From Eledone cirrhosa (lineage: Eukaryota), in contig OZ024762.1 of NCBI GenBank assembly GCA_964016885.1, forward strand, positions 16,058,001 to 16,122,000: a stretch of 64,000 bases of DNA, in the 5' to 3' direction. Of the stretch, positions 14,935 through 29,313 are shown piece by piece. Made by a program: the position numbers and the translations under genes. Position 1 is the stretch's first letter. Every line of letters begins with the position of its first letter. Under the pieces are notes generated by a model that worked only from the letters and a program-made list of their open reading frames with translations, did not search any database and was not told the DNA's origin.

Positions 14935-16219
14935 ATGCATACGATTCAAATATTGATAAAAGTAGAGTGAGTCCACATATGTCTAGCTATTTCTAGAACA
15001 CTTGTAGATACAGTGGAGGTAGATATTATCATTAGTCTGGCTACATAAAACATCATATGAAGTTAAGATTTCTTAGCCAGGCATGTAAATGTAACATCTT
15101 CATGGGGAGAAGAAATATTTTCTCTGAGTTTGTCATAATGGAAAAGTTAGATTTTCTCAGGAAAATTGATTTAACAAAGTGAATGCAGTTTTCAGAATAG
15201 CTAAGACTGAAAATATGTATAGCTTTTTCACACAACTACTGAGAGAAATCACGCTGAAATGATTGGTTTGAAGAAAATTGAGAGAGACAGTGAAAGCATA
15301 GACATACTAGTTCAATGCTGAGGCTGCACAATTGTCATAACACAAATTGAAAAAGGTGAAATCCTTCTATTCTATAGCATGACAAAATCTAACTTTCAAA
15401 TGCAATTCTGCACTAAGTGGCCTATAAATATGTCACATTGGTATCATGACATCAGTCAAGTATAAAGTAAAGTGTTTAGGTTTTATGTCATTATAACAAA
15501 ACAGAAAACATCATTGGCCTCTGCCATGTGTTCCCATTTCCTGTGATCAATATTGCCTTGGATTAGCTGGCACTTGAGTTGGTCTGTGAAGTATTTTCAG
15601 GGGTACAGTACATACTCGTTGAATATAAACCAAGCCTGTATTTTATGTATGAGAAATGGGCAAAAATCCAAACCTTATTTACCTACGTAAATATTTGAAG
15701 TTATCAAAATATTGATCTTGAATATAAGCTGACCACACCTGCTTTCTACATTTTTTGGTGGGGAGGAGGTTTTACATATTCCTCCATAATTCCTAAGTGA
15801 AAAAAGCCTTGAGAGGGATCCACAGTAAAACAGTGGCCCTATATGCTGCCATTGAACTTGAAACCACAGGGTTGATAAGCGGACTCCTTAACCATGCCTA
15901 TGTCTATCTTGGGAATTGTGGTAATTATTATAAAGAGGTTAGTGTTCTGTAAAATAGATCTCAACCCGACTCAGGGCAGGGTGGGGACTGTAAATGTATG
16001 TATATAAGTAGTATGATTATGTGTGTGTGTGTATGGTGATGATTATGTGTGTGTGTGTCTGGTGAGGACTATATATAAATATGTATATAATGGTGATGAT
16101 GACTATATATATATATGCATATGAAGGTGATGGCTATATATATATATATATATACACAAAAACAAGATGGCGTAGGACAGAACAAAGGAGAGGCACAAAA
16201 ACAAAGAAAAGAATCCCCA

Positions 16220-16262
16220 GTCACTGAAGAGGTCACAGAATGTGTGACGAAAGAACTTTGAC
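16220..16262 (+). ncRNA. Type I hammerhead-like motif
   Basis: gtca-CTGAAGA-g-gtcac(agaatgt)gtgac-GAAA-gaacTT-tgac. Stem I is gtca/tgac. Confidence 0.6.
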
Positions 16263-16476
16263 AATATATGAACAACCGTCCGGTTGTGGAACCAACCAAC
16301 CAACCAACCGGAAATTTATAAATTCTTAAATTTATAAATTTAACTTATAATAAATTGGAGTGAAAGCAACTGGTGCGTGTGTTTCTTATTGGCAACATGA
16401 CCCTCCCAAAGCATAACAATATCAGTTTCAACACACGTTTTCAGATAAAGAATCTTGCTAAACAAATTCAGAAACG

Positions 16477-16522
<46 letters not shown>

Positions 16523-16676
16523 ACTTAGAGTTTATACTCAATGGGGTCATTTACAATTATTTTAGCTCTAAGAATCACTTCTGAGCAGTATAAATTAATA
16601 TATGATAAACACTTACGTGTTTTTGTTGCATTCTAGCTATTTTATTGTCAATTGCAACAAAAACACGTAAGTGTTT

Positions 16677-16717
<41 letters not shown>

Positions 16718-18823
16718 TCATCATCATCATCATCATTTCATTTTACGTCCGCTTTTTCCCTGCTTGCAAGGGTGGGACGGGAACTGATTCTGGCTTGATT
16801 TCTACAGCTGGATGCCCTTCCTAACACCAACCTCATTTACAGTGAGTGCTGGGTGCTTTTTTGCCGTGGCACCTCCACGACCACTTTGCAGTGGAATGAT
16901 AGGGACCCCAGTCCCTATCATCTCATTTCTACAGCTGAGTAAACTGGAGCAATGTGAAATAAAGTGTCTTGCTCAAGGAAACAACACATCACCCGGTCTG
17001 AGAATTGAACTCACAACCTTTCGATTGCAAGCTCTAACCACTAAGCCATGTGCCTCCATTTATATAGTCATCTTCACCACTATATGTATATAGTGGTGAG
17101 GATGACTATATATATGTATATGATGGTGATGACTATATATATATATATGTATATATATGTATATATATGTATATGTATATATGTATATAATGGTGAGGAT
17201 GACAAATTTGTCCACTTAGTTTAATATAACAACTACACTTGTTAATTCCTGTGACAGCTATCATCTCACACACACACACACACGCATACTCTCATACATA
17301 CACACCCACACACACACACACACCCACTCTCTCACACACACTCTCACACACACACGCATACTCTCTCATACATACACACCCACTCTCTCACACACACGCA
17401 TACTCTCTCATACATACACACCCACACACACACACACACCCACTCTCTCACACCCACTCTCACACACACACACGCATACTCTCTCACACATACACACCCA
17501 CTCTCACACACACACACACACACATGCATACTATCTCAGTAATACACACCCACACTCTCACACACACCCACTCTCTCACACACACACTCTCACACACAGT
17601 CCTGGCAACAAGCATGTTATTAAAGAAATACAAAGACAACATCTCAGCTATATAGACATTGGTGTTTGTATGGTGGGGTGTGTATGTGGTGGGGTGGTGT
17701 GTGGTGTGTGTATGTGGTGTGTGTGGTGTGATGGGTGTGGTGTGTGTATGTGGTGTTATATGTGGATGTGATGTGATGTGTGGTGTGGTGTGGTATGTGT
17801 GTGGTGTGATGTGTGTATGTGGTGTGGTATGTGTGTGGTGTGATGTGTGTATGCGGTGTGGTATGTGTGTGGTGTGATGTGTGTATGCGGTGTGGTGTGG
17901 TGTGGTGTGGTATGTGTGTATGTGGTGTGGTATGGTGTGTGTGGTGTGGTGTGATGTATGTGTGTGTGTGTGGTGGGGTGTGGTGGGGTGTGGTATGTGT
18001 GTGGTGTGGTGTGGTATGTTTGTAGTATGTGTACTATTTATATAGATAATCATTCCTTATATAGGCACAAGGCCAGTAATTTGGTGGAGGGGAAAGTCCA
18101 TTAAATCGACCCCAGTGTGTGACTGGTACTTTATTTTATCAACCCTGTAAGGATGAAAGACAAAGTTAACCTCGGCAGGATTTGAACTTGGATCATAAAG
18201 GGGCGTAACTCTATGCTGCAAAGCATGGCGTCTGACCCTCGACCTATACTGCCAATCCACCAGATAACAGTACACATTTCCTTAACTCTAAACATACAAG
18301 GTATTTTAAACCAAAAATGACCAATAAATCATTCTAAATCTCTTCTCGGCACCACTAGCATGCTCCATTGTCTTTCTTTTGAAAAGGGAGTCCTAACCCT
18401 GAAATATAAGATAAAATTGTAAACTGTTGTTTTGTCTTATTTTACTCTAGTTTCCACTGTTGCATTTCTAACTTGTGTATATATGGATAATAGGCGGCTA
18501 ATTGGCAGAGTCGTTAAAACATCGGGTAGAATGCTTTATGGTATTCGTCCCACCTCATTACACGCTCTGAATTCAAATCCTGCCATGGTCAACTTTGCCT
18601 TTCATCCTTTTGGGGTCGATAAAAAAAGTACCAGTTCAGTACTGGGTTGATTTTTCCTCTATAGAAAAAATTGGATGTGTTCAAACCTGGAGAGGGTTGG
18701 GTTCTGTCAGGTTTAAAAGTGCCCTATACATGCCGTTTGCTGGTGCCTCTACGAACACAGGTTGTGTGCATGGAGACAAAAATAAAAATATGTGATTTGG
18801 AGGCAGCCTACATCGACACACAT

Positions 18824-18883
<60 letters not shown>

Positions 18884-19143
18884 CTGCATTAAAAAGTAGA
18901 CAAATAATTGTTTCTACTTTTGGCACAAGGCCAGCAATTACCCAGTAGATTACTGGAACTTTATTTTATCGACCCCGTAAGGATGAAAGGCAAAGTCAAC
19001 CTCGGCGGGATTTGAACTCAGATCATAAAGGGACGTAACTATGCTGGAAAGCATGGTGTCCGACCCTCTACTGATACTGCCAATCCACCGCAAAGTAGAC
19101 AAATAATGCAAACCACACACACACACACACACACATACATATA

Positions 19144-19390
19144 TGTGGATGGTGTGGCCGTGGATGTTTTCTTCAAGAAACACCTCAACACCCTGCTATC
19201 CATGATCCCGGATGAGCCCACAGCATGGTACGAAGGTAACCTAAAGGCAGCAGTAACGAACTCCCTCTTACACCAATGGCGAGGCAACACGGGCTGGAGA
19301 TAGAACGTGTAGCAACAAGGGCGGTGCCCCAGTATGGTCTCAGCCAGATGACTGGAACTGGTAAAAGAGTATATGTACCCACTCATACAT
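19144..19390 (+). mobile_element. CR1/L2-group LINE 3' end fragment
   Basis: VDVFFKKHLNTLLSMIPDEP..KAAVTNSLLHQ resembles the C-terminal FK..LD..L..IPDEP..AA.SNSL signature of invertebrate CR1-like ORF2. Confidence 0.6.
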
Positions 19391-20572
19391 TACACAGAGA
19401 CATGCATACATGTGTATGAAGAATGTGTAACTTTAATCTGGAAATGTTGCTCTACACACTGACAGAGACGCTATTGATTCTGTTGTGTATTCTTCAGTAA
19501 ATGGTAATATTGTGCAACAATGTGTGTCTGGTGGTGGTGGTGGTGATGTCTGGGAATGATGGTGGTGGTGGTGGTGTGTGTCTGGGAATGGTGGTGGTGA
19601 TGGAGGTGTCTGGGAATGATGGTGGTGGTGGTGTGTGTCTGGGAATGGTGGTGGTGGTGTCTGGGAATGATGATGGTGGTGGTGGTTGTGTGTGTGTCTG
19701 GGAATGGTGGTGGTGGTTGTGTGTGTCTGGAAGTGGTGGTGGTGGTGGTGTGTGTGTCTCGGAATGGTGGTGGTGGTGATGGTTGTGTGTGTCTCGGAAT
19801 AGTGGTGGTGGTAGTGGTGGTTGTGTGTCTGGGAAAGATGGCGGTGGTGGTGGTGGTAGTGGTGGTTGTGTGTCTGGGAAAGATGGTAGTGGTGGTGGTG
19901 GTGGTAGTGGTGGTTGTGTGTGTCTGGGAAAGGTGGTGATAGTGGTGGTTGTGGTGGATGTCTGGGAAAGATGGTGGTGGTGGTGGTGGTAGTGGTGGTT
20001 GTGGTGGATGTCTGGGAAAGATGCTTGCCTCAATGGCACCAGGTCTGTCTGTGTGTCTGAATGGTGGTGGTTGTGTGTGTGTGTGTATTTGAGACTGGTA
20101 ATGTGTTTGTGTGTCTCTGAGACAGATATGTAAGCGTGTGTGTGACTGGTGATGTGTGTGTGTGATTGGTAATGTGTGTGTCTGAGACATGCTGTGTGTG
20201 TATGTGTGTGTGTGATTGATAATGTGTGTGTCTGAGATATGCTGTGTGTGTGTGTGTGTGTCTGAGACATGCTGTGTGTGTGACTGGTTATGTGTCTGAG
20301 ACAAATGGTGTGTGTGTGTCTGAAATTGATGATGTGCATTTGTGTCTGTGATTGATGATACCTCCTTAATGGTTGGCACTGTGTGTGTGCGTGCGCGCGC
20401 GTGCGTGTGCATGTCTCCTTCCTCCTCCTCCTTCTCTCTCCTCCTCACTGTAGCAGTATCACCAAAGTTCTCCGCCATCTATACCATCCTACAGACAAGA
20501 GGTGACTGACCATGGCTGCTCCATGACAGTTTCCTTGCCACAGGAGGAGAATGTCATGATGGTGGGGATGGT

Positions 20573-20664
<92 letters not shown>

Positions 20665-20714
20665 AAAGTTAAACAAGGTTCAATGAATAAATCAAAGAAC
20701 AGCTATATTGATGC

Positions 20715-21180
20715 CAAGTATATTAACAGTTATATTAACAAGTATATTAAGTTATATTAACAAGTATATTAACAGTTATATTAACAGTTATATTAACAAG
20801 TATATTAAGTTATATTAACAAGTATATTAACAAGTATATTAACAGTTATATTAACAGTTATATTAACAGTTATATTAACCGTTATATTAACAGTTATATT
20901 AACAGTTATATTAACAGTTATATTAACAAGTATATTAACAGTTATATTAACAAGTATATTAACAAGTATATTAACAGTTATATTAACAGTTATATTAACA
21001 GTTATATTAACAGTTATATTAACAGTTATATTAACAAGTATATTAACAGTTATATTAACAGTTATATTAACAAGTATATTAACAAGTATATTAACAGTTA
21101 TATTAACAAGTATATTAACAGTTATATTAACAGTTATATTAACAGTTATATTAACAAGTATATTAACAGTTATATTGATG
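20715..21180. repeat. 12-bp minisatellite with two alternating variants
   Basis: Units aacagttatatt and aacaagtatatt. The array is bracketed by tatattgatgccaagta at both ends. Confidence 0.9.
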
Positions 21181-21350
21181 CCAAGTATTTTTTAAGCTGT
21201 CTCACACGCACCCTCTCTATTGTATGTATTATATATTTTTCTCATGTTCTCAATATTAAGGTATATAGATATTGAGTTTTGTCATATCTTACTCACTACC
21301 ATGACTGAATCTTAACCATCTACTATGTCAGGGTATGTCATGCACCATCT

Positions 21351-21417
21351 TATTTTATCTGATGAGGACGTACTGTTGAAGTTAACTCAGTACCTCTGAA
21401 ATATGTATAATAAAATG
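21351..21417 (+). ncRNA. Type I hammerhead-like motif, family A
   Basis: tattttat-CTGATGA-ggacgtactg...cagtacctct-GAAA-tatgtaTA-ataaaatg. Has an 8-bp stem I and is homologous to 6497-6562. Confidence 0.72.
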
Positions 21418-21471
21418 TACTTGATCACAAGAATGTCTATTTTGTTAATATTTTGAATTAATATAAATATA

Positions 21472-21818
21472 TGGAGGCACATGGCTTAGTGGTTAGAGCA
21501 TTGGTCTTGCAATCGAAAGGTTGTGAGTTCAATTCTCAGACCGGGTGATGTGTTGTTTCCTTGAGCAAGACACTTTATTTCACATTGCTCCAGTTTACTC
21601 AGCTGTAGAAATGAGATGATAGGGACTGGGGTCCCTATCATTCCACTGTAAAGTGGTCGTGGAGGTGCCACGGCAAAAAAGCACCCAACACTCACACTCA
21701 CTGTAAATGAGGTTGGTGTTAGGAAGGGCATCCAGCTGTAGAAATCAAGCCAGAATCAGTTCCCGTCCCACCCTTGCAAGCAAGGAAAAAGCAGACGTAA
21801 AATGAAATGATGATGATA
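21472..21818 (+). mobile_element. tRNA-derived SINE family B with CORE-like body and RTE-type 3' tail (also 16715-17057 on the minus strand, 34960-35340, 49222-49568)
   Basis: tggcttagtggttagagc (A box)..gagttcaattc (B box)..ccttgagcaagacact..ggaagggcatccagctgtagaaa..(ATG)n. Confidence 0.82.
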
Positions 21819-22157
21819 ATATATATATATATATATATGGCGTGAACCTAATACTGAGACTTTGTACTGCACTCTTCGTTATTGTTTTTATTTTGTTTTA
21901 ACTTATATATATATGTATATATATATAATTGTTTCTACTTTTGGCACAAGGCCAGCAATTAACCAGTGTATTACTGGTACTTTATTTTATCGACCCTGTA
22001 TTGTATATTTATAAATGTGTTACTACTCTGACATGTCTAGTAATGTGTATGTTATCTCTCCATCATTCCTCTATGAAGTCTTTTAGATGTGTGTGTCATC
22101 ATCATCATCACCGTTTTACGTCTATTGTGTGTGTATATATATGTATATATACACACA

Positions 22158-22194
<37 letters not shown>

Positions 22195-22867
22195 ATAGCA
22201 TATAACCCATGCTAGCATGGAAGATGGACGTTAATGATGATGATGATGTATATATATAAATATAATGTATACACACATGCCTACATATATATACTCTGTG
22301 TGTGACTGACTATCTGTCTCTGTGTGTATATGTATGTGTATATATATATATATAATGTCTACACACATGCCTATATATATATATATATATCTGTCTGTGT
22401 CTCTGTATATCTCTCTCTCTGTATACGTATGTGTATGTATATATATAATGTCTACACACATGCCTATATATATATGCCTGTATGTCTGTCTGTGTGTCTG
22501 TGTGTATATGTATGTGTATATATATATATATAATGTCTACACACATGCCTATATATATATGCCTGTATGCCTGTATGTGTCTCTGTATGTGTATATATAT
22601 AATGTCTACACACATGCCTATATATATATATATATATATATGCCTGTATGTGTCTCTATGTGTATGTGTATATATATAATGTCTACACATGCCTATATAT
22701 ATATATATATATATGCCTGTATGTGTCTCTGTGTGTATATGTATGTGTATATATATATATACTGTCTACATACATGCCTATATATATATATATATATATA
22801 TATGCCTGTATGTGTCTGTCTGTGTGTATATGCATGTGTATATATATATCTAATGTCTACATACATG

Positions 22868-22911
<44 letters not shown>

Positions 22912-23169
22912 TGTATGTGTCTGTCTCTGTCTCTCTGCATGTATTCCTCTGTGATATGGCATGTCAGCCAGTATTGACCAACAAACACATCCCTATTGCT
23001 GTTTTGAGGAATTACAGAGCTGTGTGGCTTCCACCAACTCCCCCTCTCTTCCACACACCCACTCTCTCTCTCTGTCTTCCCCTCCCCCTCTCTCCTACAC
23101 AACCAACTCTCTCTCTCTTCCATCTCATCCTCTTTCCCCTCCCCCATCTCTCATTCTATCCTCTCTCAC

Positions 23170-23745
23170 TTAACCCTTTACCATTTACATTACTCTATAT
23201 ATATACTATTGTATTTTCACATAAAGGCTTTACCTCACATAATATCTCACATAACATTTACATTACTCTATATATACTATTGTATTTTCACAGTAAAGGC
23301 TTTACCTCACATAATACCTCACATAACATTTACATTACTCTATATATACTATTGTATTTTCACATAAAGGCTTTACCTCACATAATACCTCACATAACAT
23401 TTACATTACTCTATATATACTATTGTATTTTCACAGTAAAGGCTTTACCTCACATAATATCTCACATAACATTTACATTACTCTATATATACTATTGTAT
23501 TTTCACAGTAAAGGCTTTACCTCACATAATACCTCACATAACATTTACATTACTCTATATATACTATTGTATTTTCACAGTAAAGGCTTTACCTCACATA
23601 ATATCTCACATAGTATCAAATCTATGAGATTTTGATATTTTTTATTTTGAGAACAATACCTTAACATCAGTGTGAGTAGCCGGTTACGGCCAGTTTGAAC
23701 ATAAAGAGGAGAGAAATTCTGGCCGGATATGGCTGATTTAAAATA
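23170..23745 (+). mobile_element. piggyBac-like MITE with ~6 x 72-bp internal tandem
   Basis: Starts TTAA-ccctttaccattta. The 72-bp unit is acatttacattactctatatatactattgtattttcacagtaaaggctttacctcacataatatctcacata. Confidence 0.72.
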
Positions 23746-24249
23746 ATTATTTCTACTTTTGGCACAAGGCCAGCAATTACCCCAGTGTATTACTGGTACT
23801 TTATTTTATCGACCCCCGTAAGGATGAAAGGCAAAGTTAACCTCGGCGGGATTTGAACTCTGATCATAAAGGGCCGTAACTCTATGGTGCAAAGCATGGC
23901 GTCAGACCCTCTACCGAATAATTGTTTCTACTTTTGGCACAAGGCCAGCAATTACCCCAGTGTATTACTGGTACTTTATTTTATCGACCCCGTAAGGATG
24001 AAAGGCAAAGTTAACCTCGGCGGGATTGAAAATAATGATTTCTGATTTAAGCACAAGGCCAACAATTTTAGCGGGAGTGGAAAGTCAATTATATCAACCC
24101 CCAGTATTTACGGTAACTGGCCCTTCATTTTGTTGACCTCAGAGGGAGGAAAAGTACAGTTGAACTGAAGATTGTTGAAAGTCGTAGCACAGTGCATTTT
24201 GTCCGACACTCTACAGATACTGCTAATCTACCACCACCACCACATCATA

Positions 24250-24582
24250 ATCATCATTTTATGGCTGCTTTTCCCTGCTTGCATGGTGTGTGTGGGATGA
24301 GTTCTCTTCAGTACAGCATCTCTCCATTTGTCACGGTCCTTCGTCATCTCCTCTGTGAGCTTCAGCGGTCTGAGGTCAGCTTACACCACCTCCACCCATG
24401 TTTTTCATGGTCTTCCTTCTACTGGGATTACTTGCCACTTCTTCACCCAGCGGCCTTCATCCATGTGCATCACATGGCCATACCAACGCAGTCTTCTCTC
24501 CTGCACATTACAGTTTATTCCTCTTACAGTTTCTCTCTCAACTCGTCCATGCTTGGTCGTTCACATGCATTGACATTGCACA
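24250..24582 (-). mobile_element. Degraded RTE LINE 3' fragment
   Basis: Homologous to 48754-49160 (gcatcacatggccataccaacgcagtcttctctcctgcac). Confidence 0.75.
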
Positions 24583-24779
24583 AGAATAATAATTGTTTCT
24601 ACTTTTGGCACAAGGCCAGCAATTACCCAGTACATTACTGGTACTTTATTTTATCGACCCCGTAAGGATGAAGACTATGATGATGATAAAGAAACAATCT
24701 CTATGATAGTAGGCGCTCTGGGGATGATTAAAAAAAACACACACATTGACAGATACACAACCAAAACTGCAGATACATA

Positions 24780-25530
24780 ACCTGAGGTACATAGAGCTGT
24801 GCTCAGTCATGCAGTAACACCACTGCACATACCCAGGGTACATAGAGCTGTGCTCAGTCATGCAGTAACACTACACATACCCAGGGTACATAGAGCTGTG
24901 CTCAGTCATGCAGTAACACTACACATACCCAGGGTACATAGAGCTGTGCTCAGTCATGCAGTAACACTACACATACCCAGGGTACATAGAGCTGTGCTCA
25001 GTCATGCAGTAACACCACTGCACATACCCAGGGTACATAGAGCTGTGCTCAGTCATGCAGTAACACTACACATACCCAGGGTACATAGAGCTGTGCTCAG
25101 TCATGCAGTAACACTACACATACCCAGGGTACATAGAGCTGTGCTCAGTCATGCAGTAACACTACACATACCCAGGGTACATAGAGCTGTGCTCAGTCAT
25201 GCAGTAACACTGCACATACCCAGGGTACATAGAGCTGTGCTCAGCCATGCAGTAACACTGCACATACCCAGGGTACATAGAGCTGTGCTCAGTCATACAG
25301 TAACACTGCACATACCCAGGGTACGTAGAGCTGTGCTCAGTCATGCAGTAACAACACTGCACATACCCAGGGTACATAGAGCTGTGCTCAGTCATGCAGT
25401 AACAACACTGCACATACCCAGGGTACATAGAGCTGTGCTCAGTCATGCAGTAACAACACTGCACATACCCAGGGTACATAGAGCTGTGCTCAGTCATGCA
25501 GTAACAACACTGCACATACCCAGGGTACGT
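24780..25530. repeat. ~15 x 48-51-bp minisatellite
   Basis: Unit cccagggtacatagagctgtgctcagtcatgcagtaacactacacata. Confidence 0.9.
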
Positions 25531-26273
25531 AAAGCGGACGTAAAATGATGATGATGATGATGATACATATATGTGTGTGTGTGTGTGTGTAGTTGAAGAA
25601 AAGGCAAGACAAACATGTAAAAACGGTCTTATTAGTTTCACATTTAAATAATAATTTATAGGGTTAAATAACATTTATAATGTGTGTGTGAAATAAGATT
25701 ATATTAGATATATATATCATCATCATCATCATCACCGTTTTACGTCCGTTCTTCCATGCTAGCATGGGTTAGACGGGTTGTCCTGTTGTGGGCAGTGTCT
25801 GGTCGGCTGACCATGCTCATACAGGAACTGATTTAGCTTGATTTCTACAGCTGGATGCCCTTCCTCATTTACAGTGAGTGGTGGGTGCTTTTTCGTGGCG
25901 CCTACACGTCCACTTTACAGTATGGGCTGGGTGCTTTTTTGCCGTGGCACCTCCACGACCACTTTGCAGTGGGGGGTGTTGGGGCATATTGTCTATATGC
26001 TTCAGCTTGTACCCATGGGAGGTCGGGTTCTCTGTATTACTGCGTGAAGCCAGAGGTTATATATATATATATATATATTAGGTAGAGGATTATCCTGGAT
26101 GCAGTAATTGTTAATTACTACACTGGATAGAGTTGACGTACGGTGAGGGGTTACTCAACGAGTTATGGAAGAATAGTTGAAGAAACTCAGTTCCTGATCC
26201 TTCTGTATTCCGGAGTGTAGATAAAGAATGAATAATAACAGGTAGACATCATAAAAAGGTAATTTATTCTGTG

Positions 26274-26385
26274 TGCTTACAAATGTTTCCACGGTGGTTG
26301 TACAGCCTAGTTATGCTATGTGTAAATTTATAACTATTTGCAAAACTCAATTATCAAATGATGTGACCACTGTATCATCAGAGCA
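26274..26385 (-). ncRNA. Type I hammerhead-like motif with extended stem II
   Basis: Minus strand reads tgct-CTGATGA-tacagtggt...accaccgtg-GAAA-catttgTA-agca. It lies inside the inverted repeat 26221-26485. Confidence 0.62.
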
Positions 26386-26915
26386 TATAGCATAACTAGG
26401 CTGTACAACCACCGTGGAAACATTTGTAAGCACACAGAATAAATTACCTTTTTATGATGTCTACCTGTTATTATTCATTCTTTATATATACATTTAGGTT
26501 TGTTGGTTCTCCACTGGATAGAACTGGTCATTCCATATAGTCAACCTTGATGTAATATTAGGGAGAGCACTTGACGTAATGCAACTCACCCGTTTTCATT
26601 TGTGTTGTTGGTGATGCGAGTACGGGGTTAATTATTATAAAATAACAGGAGGCTGGACTGGTGTAATTCCTTAAAGGTTTATTATACTATGAACATTTCA
26701 ACTTGAGGGCGGCCAACCGGACTGGAAACTGATAAATGTTTGGCCACCCTCTCGTCTCTCGGTCTTTTCAGCCCCATGGATTATGTCTATTATATTCCTT
26801 TGTTAAATTTTGAATACCTGATGATGTCACCGGATTCATATTGAACCCGGTCATTGAAATGTTCATAGTATAATAAACCTTTAAGGAATTACACCAGTCC
26901 AGCCTCCTGTTATTT

Positions 26916-26955
<40 letters not shown>

Positions 26956-27521
26956 TCACATATGCCATTCTCTCTCTCTATATATATACACAGGGTGTCC
27001 CCCCAAAAAGTGTACACTTTGATTAGAATACTTTTGAAATCTGTATACATTTTTGGGGACATCCTGTATGTATGTGTGTTTGTGTGTATCTTAAAGATCC
27101 CAAAGCCCCCAAAATGCAAACAAAGACAAGACCCCTCTCCCTTCTTCCTTCATCCCACCAAAAAAAACAAAACAATGGAAGGTAGAAACTTCCAGATTCC
27201 TTTTCCCCCTTTTCTCTCTCTCTCTCTCTCCCCATTCTACATCTTTGCTGATCTCCACCACCACCATCACCATCTCTCCCACCACCACTAGCAGAACCTT
27301 GTCCACCACAACCCCTCACCCCACTTGAAGTGGTGGTGGTGGAGGAGGAAGTGAGGTGGTAAAACAAACACACACACATGTATATATATACACACATATA
27401 TATATAGAGAGAGAGAAAAGGGTTGAATTTACAGGAAGTTGCTGCCCATGTGACATTTTAAGATATAGCAGTAAAATCTGGGGCATACATTGGGAGACTA
27501 AGATGTCTGTGTATGTGTGTG

Positions 27522-27564
<43 letters not shown>

Positions 27565-27629
27565 ATATTTGTGTATATATATTTATATATTTATGTGTGT
27601 ATGTGTTTGTATATAAATGTTTATATATA

Positions 27630-27693
<64 letters not shown>

Positions 27694-27748
27694 GACTAGT
27701 ACACATGTAATATGATACAATGTGAGTGTGTGTGTGCATATATATATA

Positions 27749-27796
<48 letters not shown>

Positions 27797-27903
27797 GACT
27801 AGTACACATGTAATATGATACAATGTGAGTGTGTGTGTGTGCATATATATATATGTGTGTGTATACACACAGATTGGTACATATGTAACACGATACTTTG
27901 TGA

Positions 27904-27940
<37 letters not shown>

Positions 27941-28060
27941 TGCCCATGTAAGATGTATATACACATGCATATAGATGTATTCTATATACCTGCAAGTTTT
28001 AGTATGTGTATATATACACACACAAACACATATTTATATTTTATATATGTGCATATTTTG

Positions 28061-28098
<38 letters not shown>

Positions 28099-28627
28099 GG
28101 TGTCCCCAAAAATATATACACATTTATTAGAATGCTGTTGAAGTGTGTCTACATTTTTGGGGACAGCCTGTATATATAATATGTGTAGCTAGGATACACA
28201 GGCTGGTTCCATAGAGTCTTTCCCTGTCTGTAATCTTAGTGAACAGAAGCAATCATTCACAGACATACCCACAGAAGAATATACACTCACATTGTGTGTG
28301 TGAAGCTAGACATATAGAGTGTATGTATGTGTGTATATATATATATATATATGTTTATTTGTGTGTGTGTGTGTATGTGTATATATATATATTTGTGTGT
28401 GTGTGTGTATATATAAATATATATATATATTTGCGTGTGTGTGTATATATAAATATATGTGTGTATATATATATTTGTGTGTGTATATATATATATATAT
28501 TTGTGTGTGTATATATATATATATATATATTTGTGTGTATATATATATGTATATATTTGTGTGTGTATATATATATATATTTGTGTGTATGTGTATATAT
28601 ATTTGTGTGTATGTGTATATATATATT

Positions 28628-28660
<33 letters not shown>

Positions 28661-28778
28661 TTGTGTGTGTATATATATATATATATGTGTGTGTGTATAT
28701 GTATATATATATATATCTGTGTGTGTATATATATATATGTGATATGTGTGTGTGTGTATATATATATATTTGTATATT

Positions 28779-28826
<48 letters not shown>

Positions 28827-29176
28827 TATTATGTTGTAGGGTGTGTTTGGACACAGCTATATATTATATACACAAACATATGTAGAGTCTGTTGTTAAGG
28901 AAAACAATCTCTCTCTTTATATATATATAATGGAAAGAAGGAAATAATAGCAAAATCATATATCATCATCATCATCATCATCACACGTCCGTTCTTTCAC
29001 GCTAGCATGGGTTAGACGGGTTGTCCTGTTGTGGGCAGTGTCCGGTCGGCTGACCATGTCTTGCTCATACGGGAACTGATTCTGGCTTGATTTCTACAGC
29101 TGGATGTCCTTCCTAACACCAACCTCATTATATATATGTATATATATATATATACACACACACACATATATATGTG

Positions 29177-29210
<34 letters not shown>

Positions 29211-29282
29211 AATATATGTGTGTATATATACACACACATATGTATATATATATATATATACACACACATATATATCTGTATA

Positions 29283-29313
<31 letters not shown>

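Noticed and set aside
19471-20478. 335-aa His/Thr/Pro-rich ORF
   Set aside because: It is a low-complexity (CAC/CA)n translation. Only the first 30 bp are noted separately.
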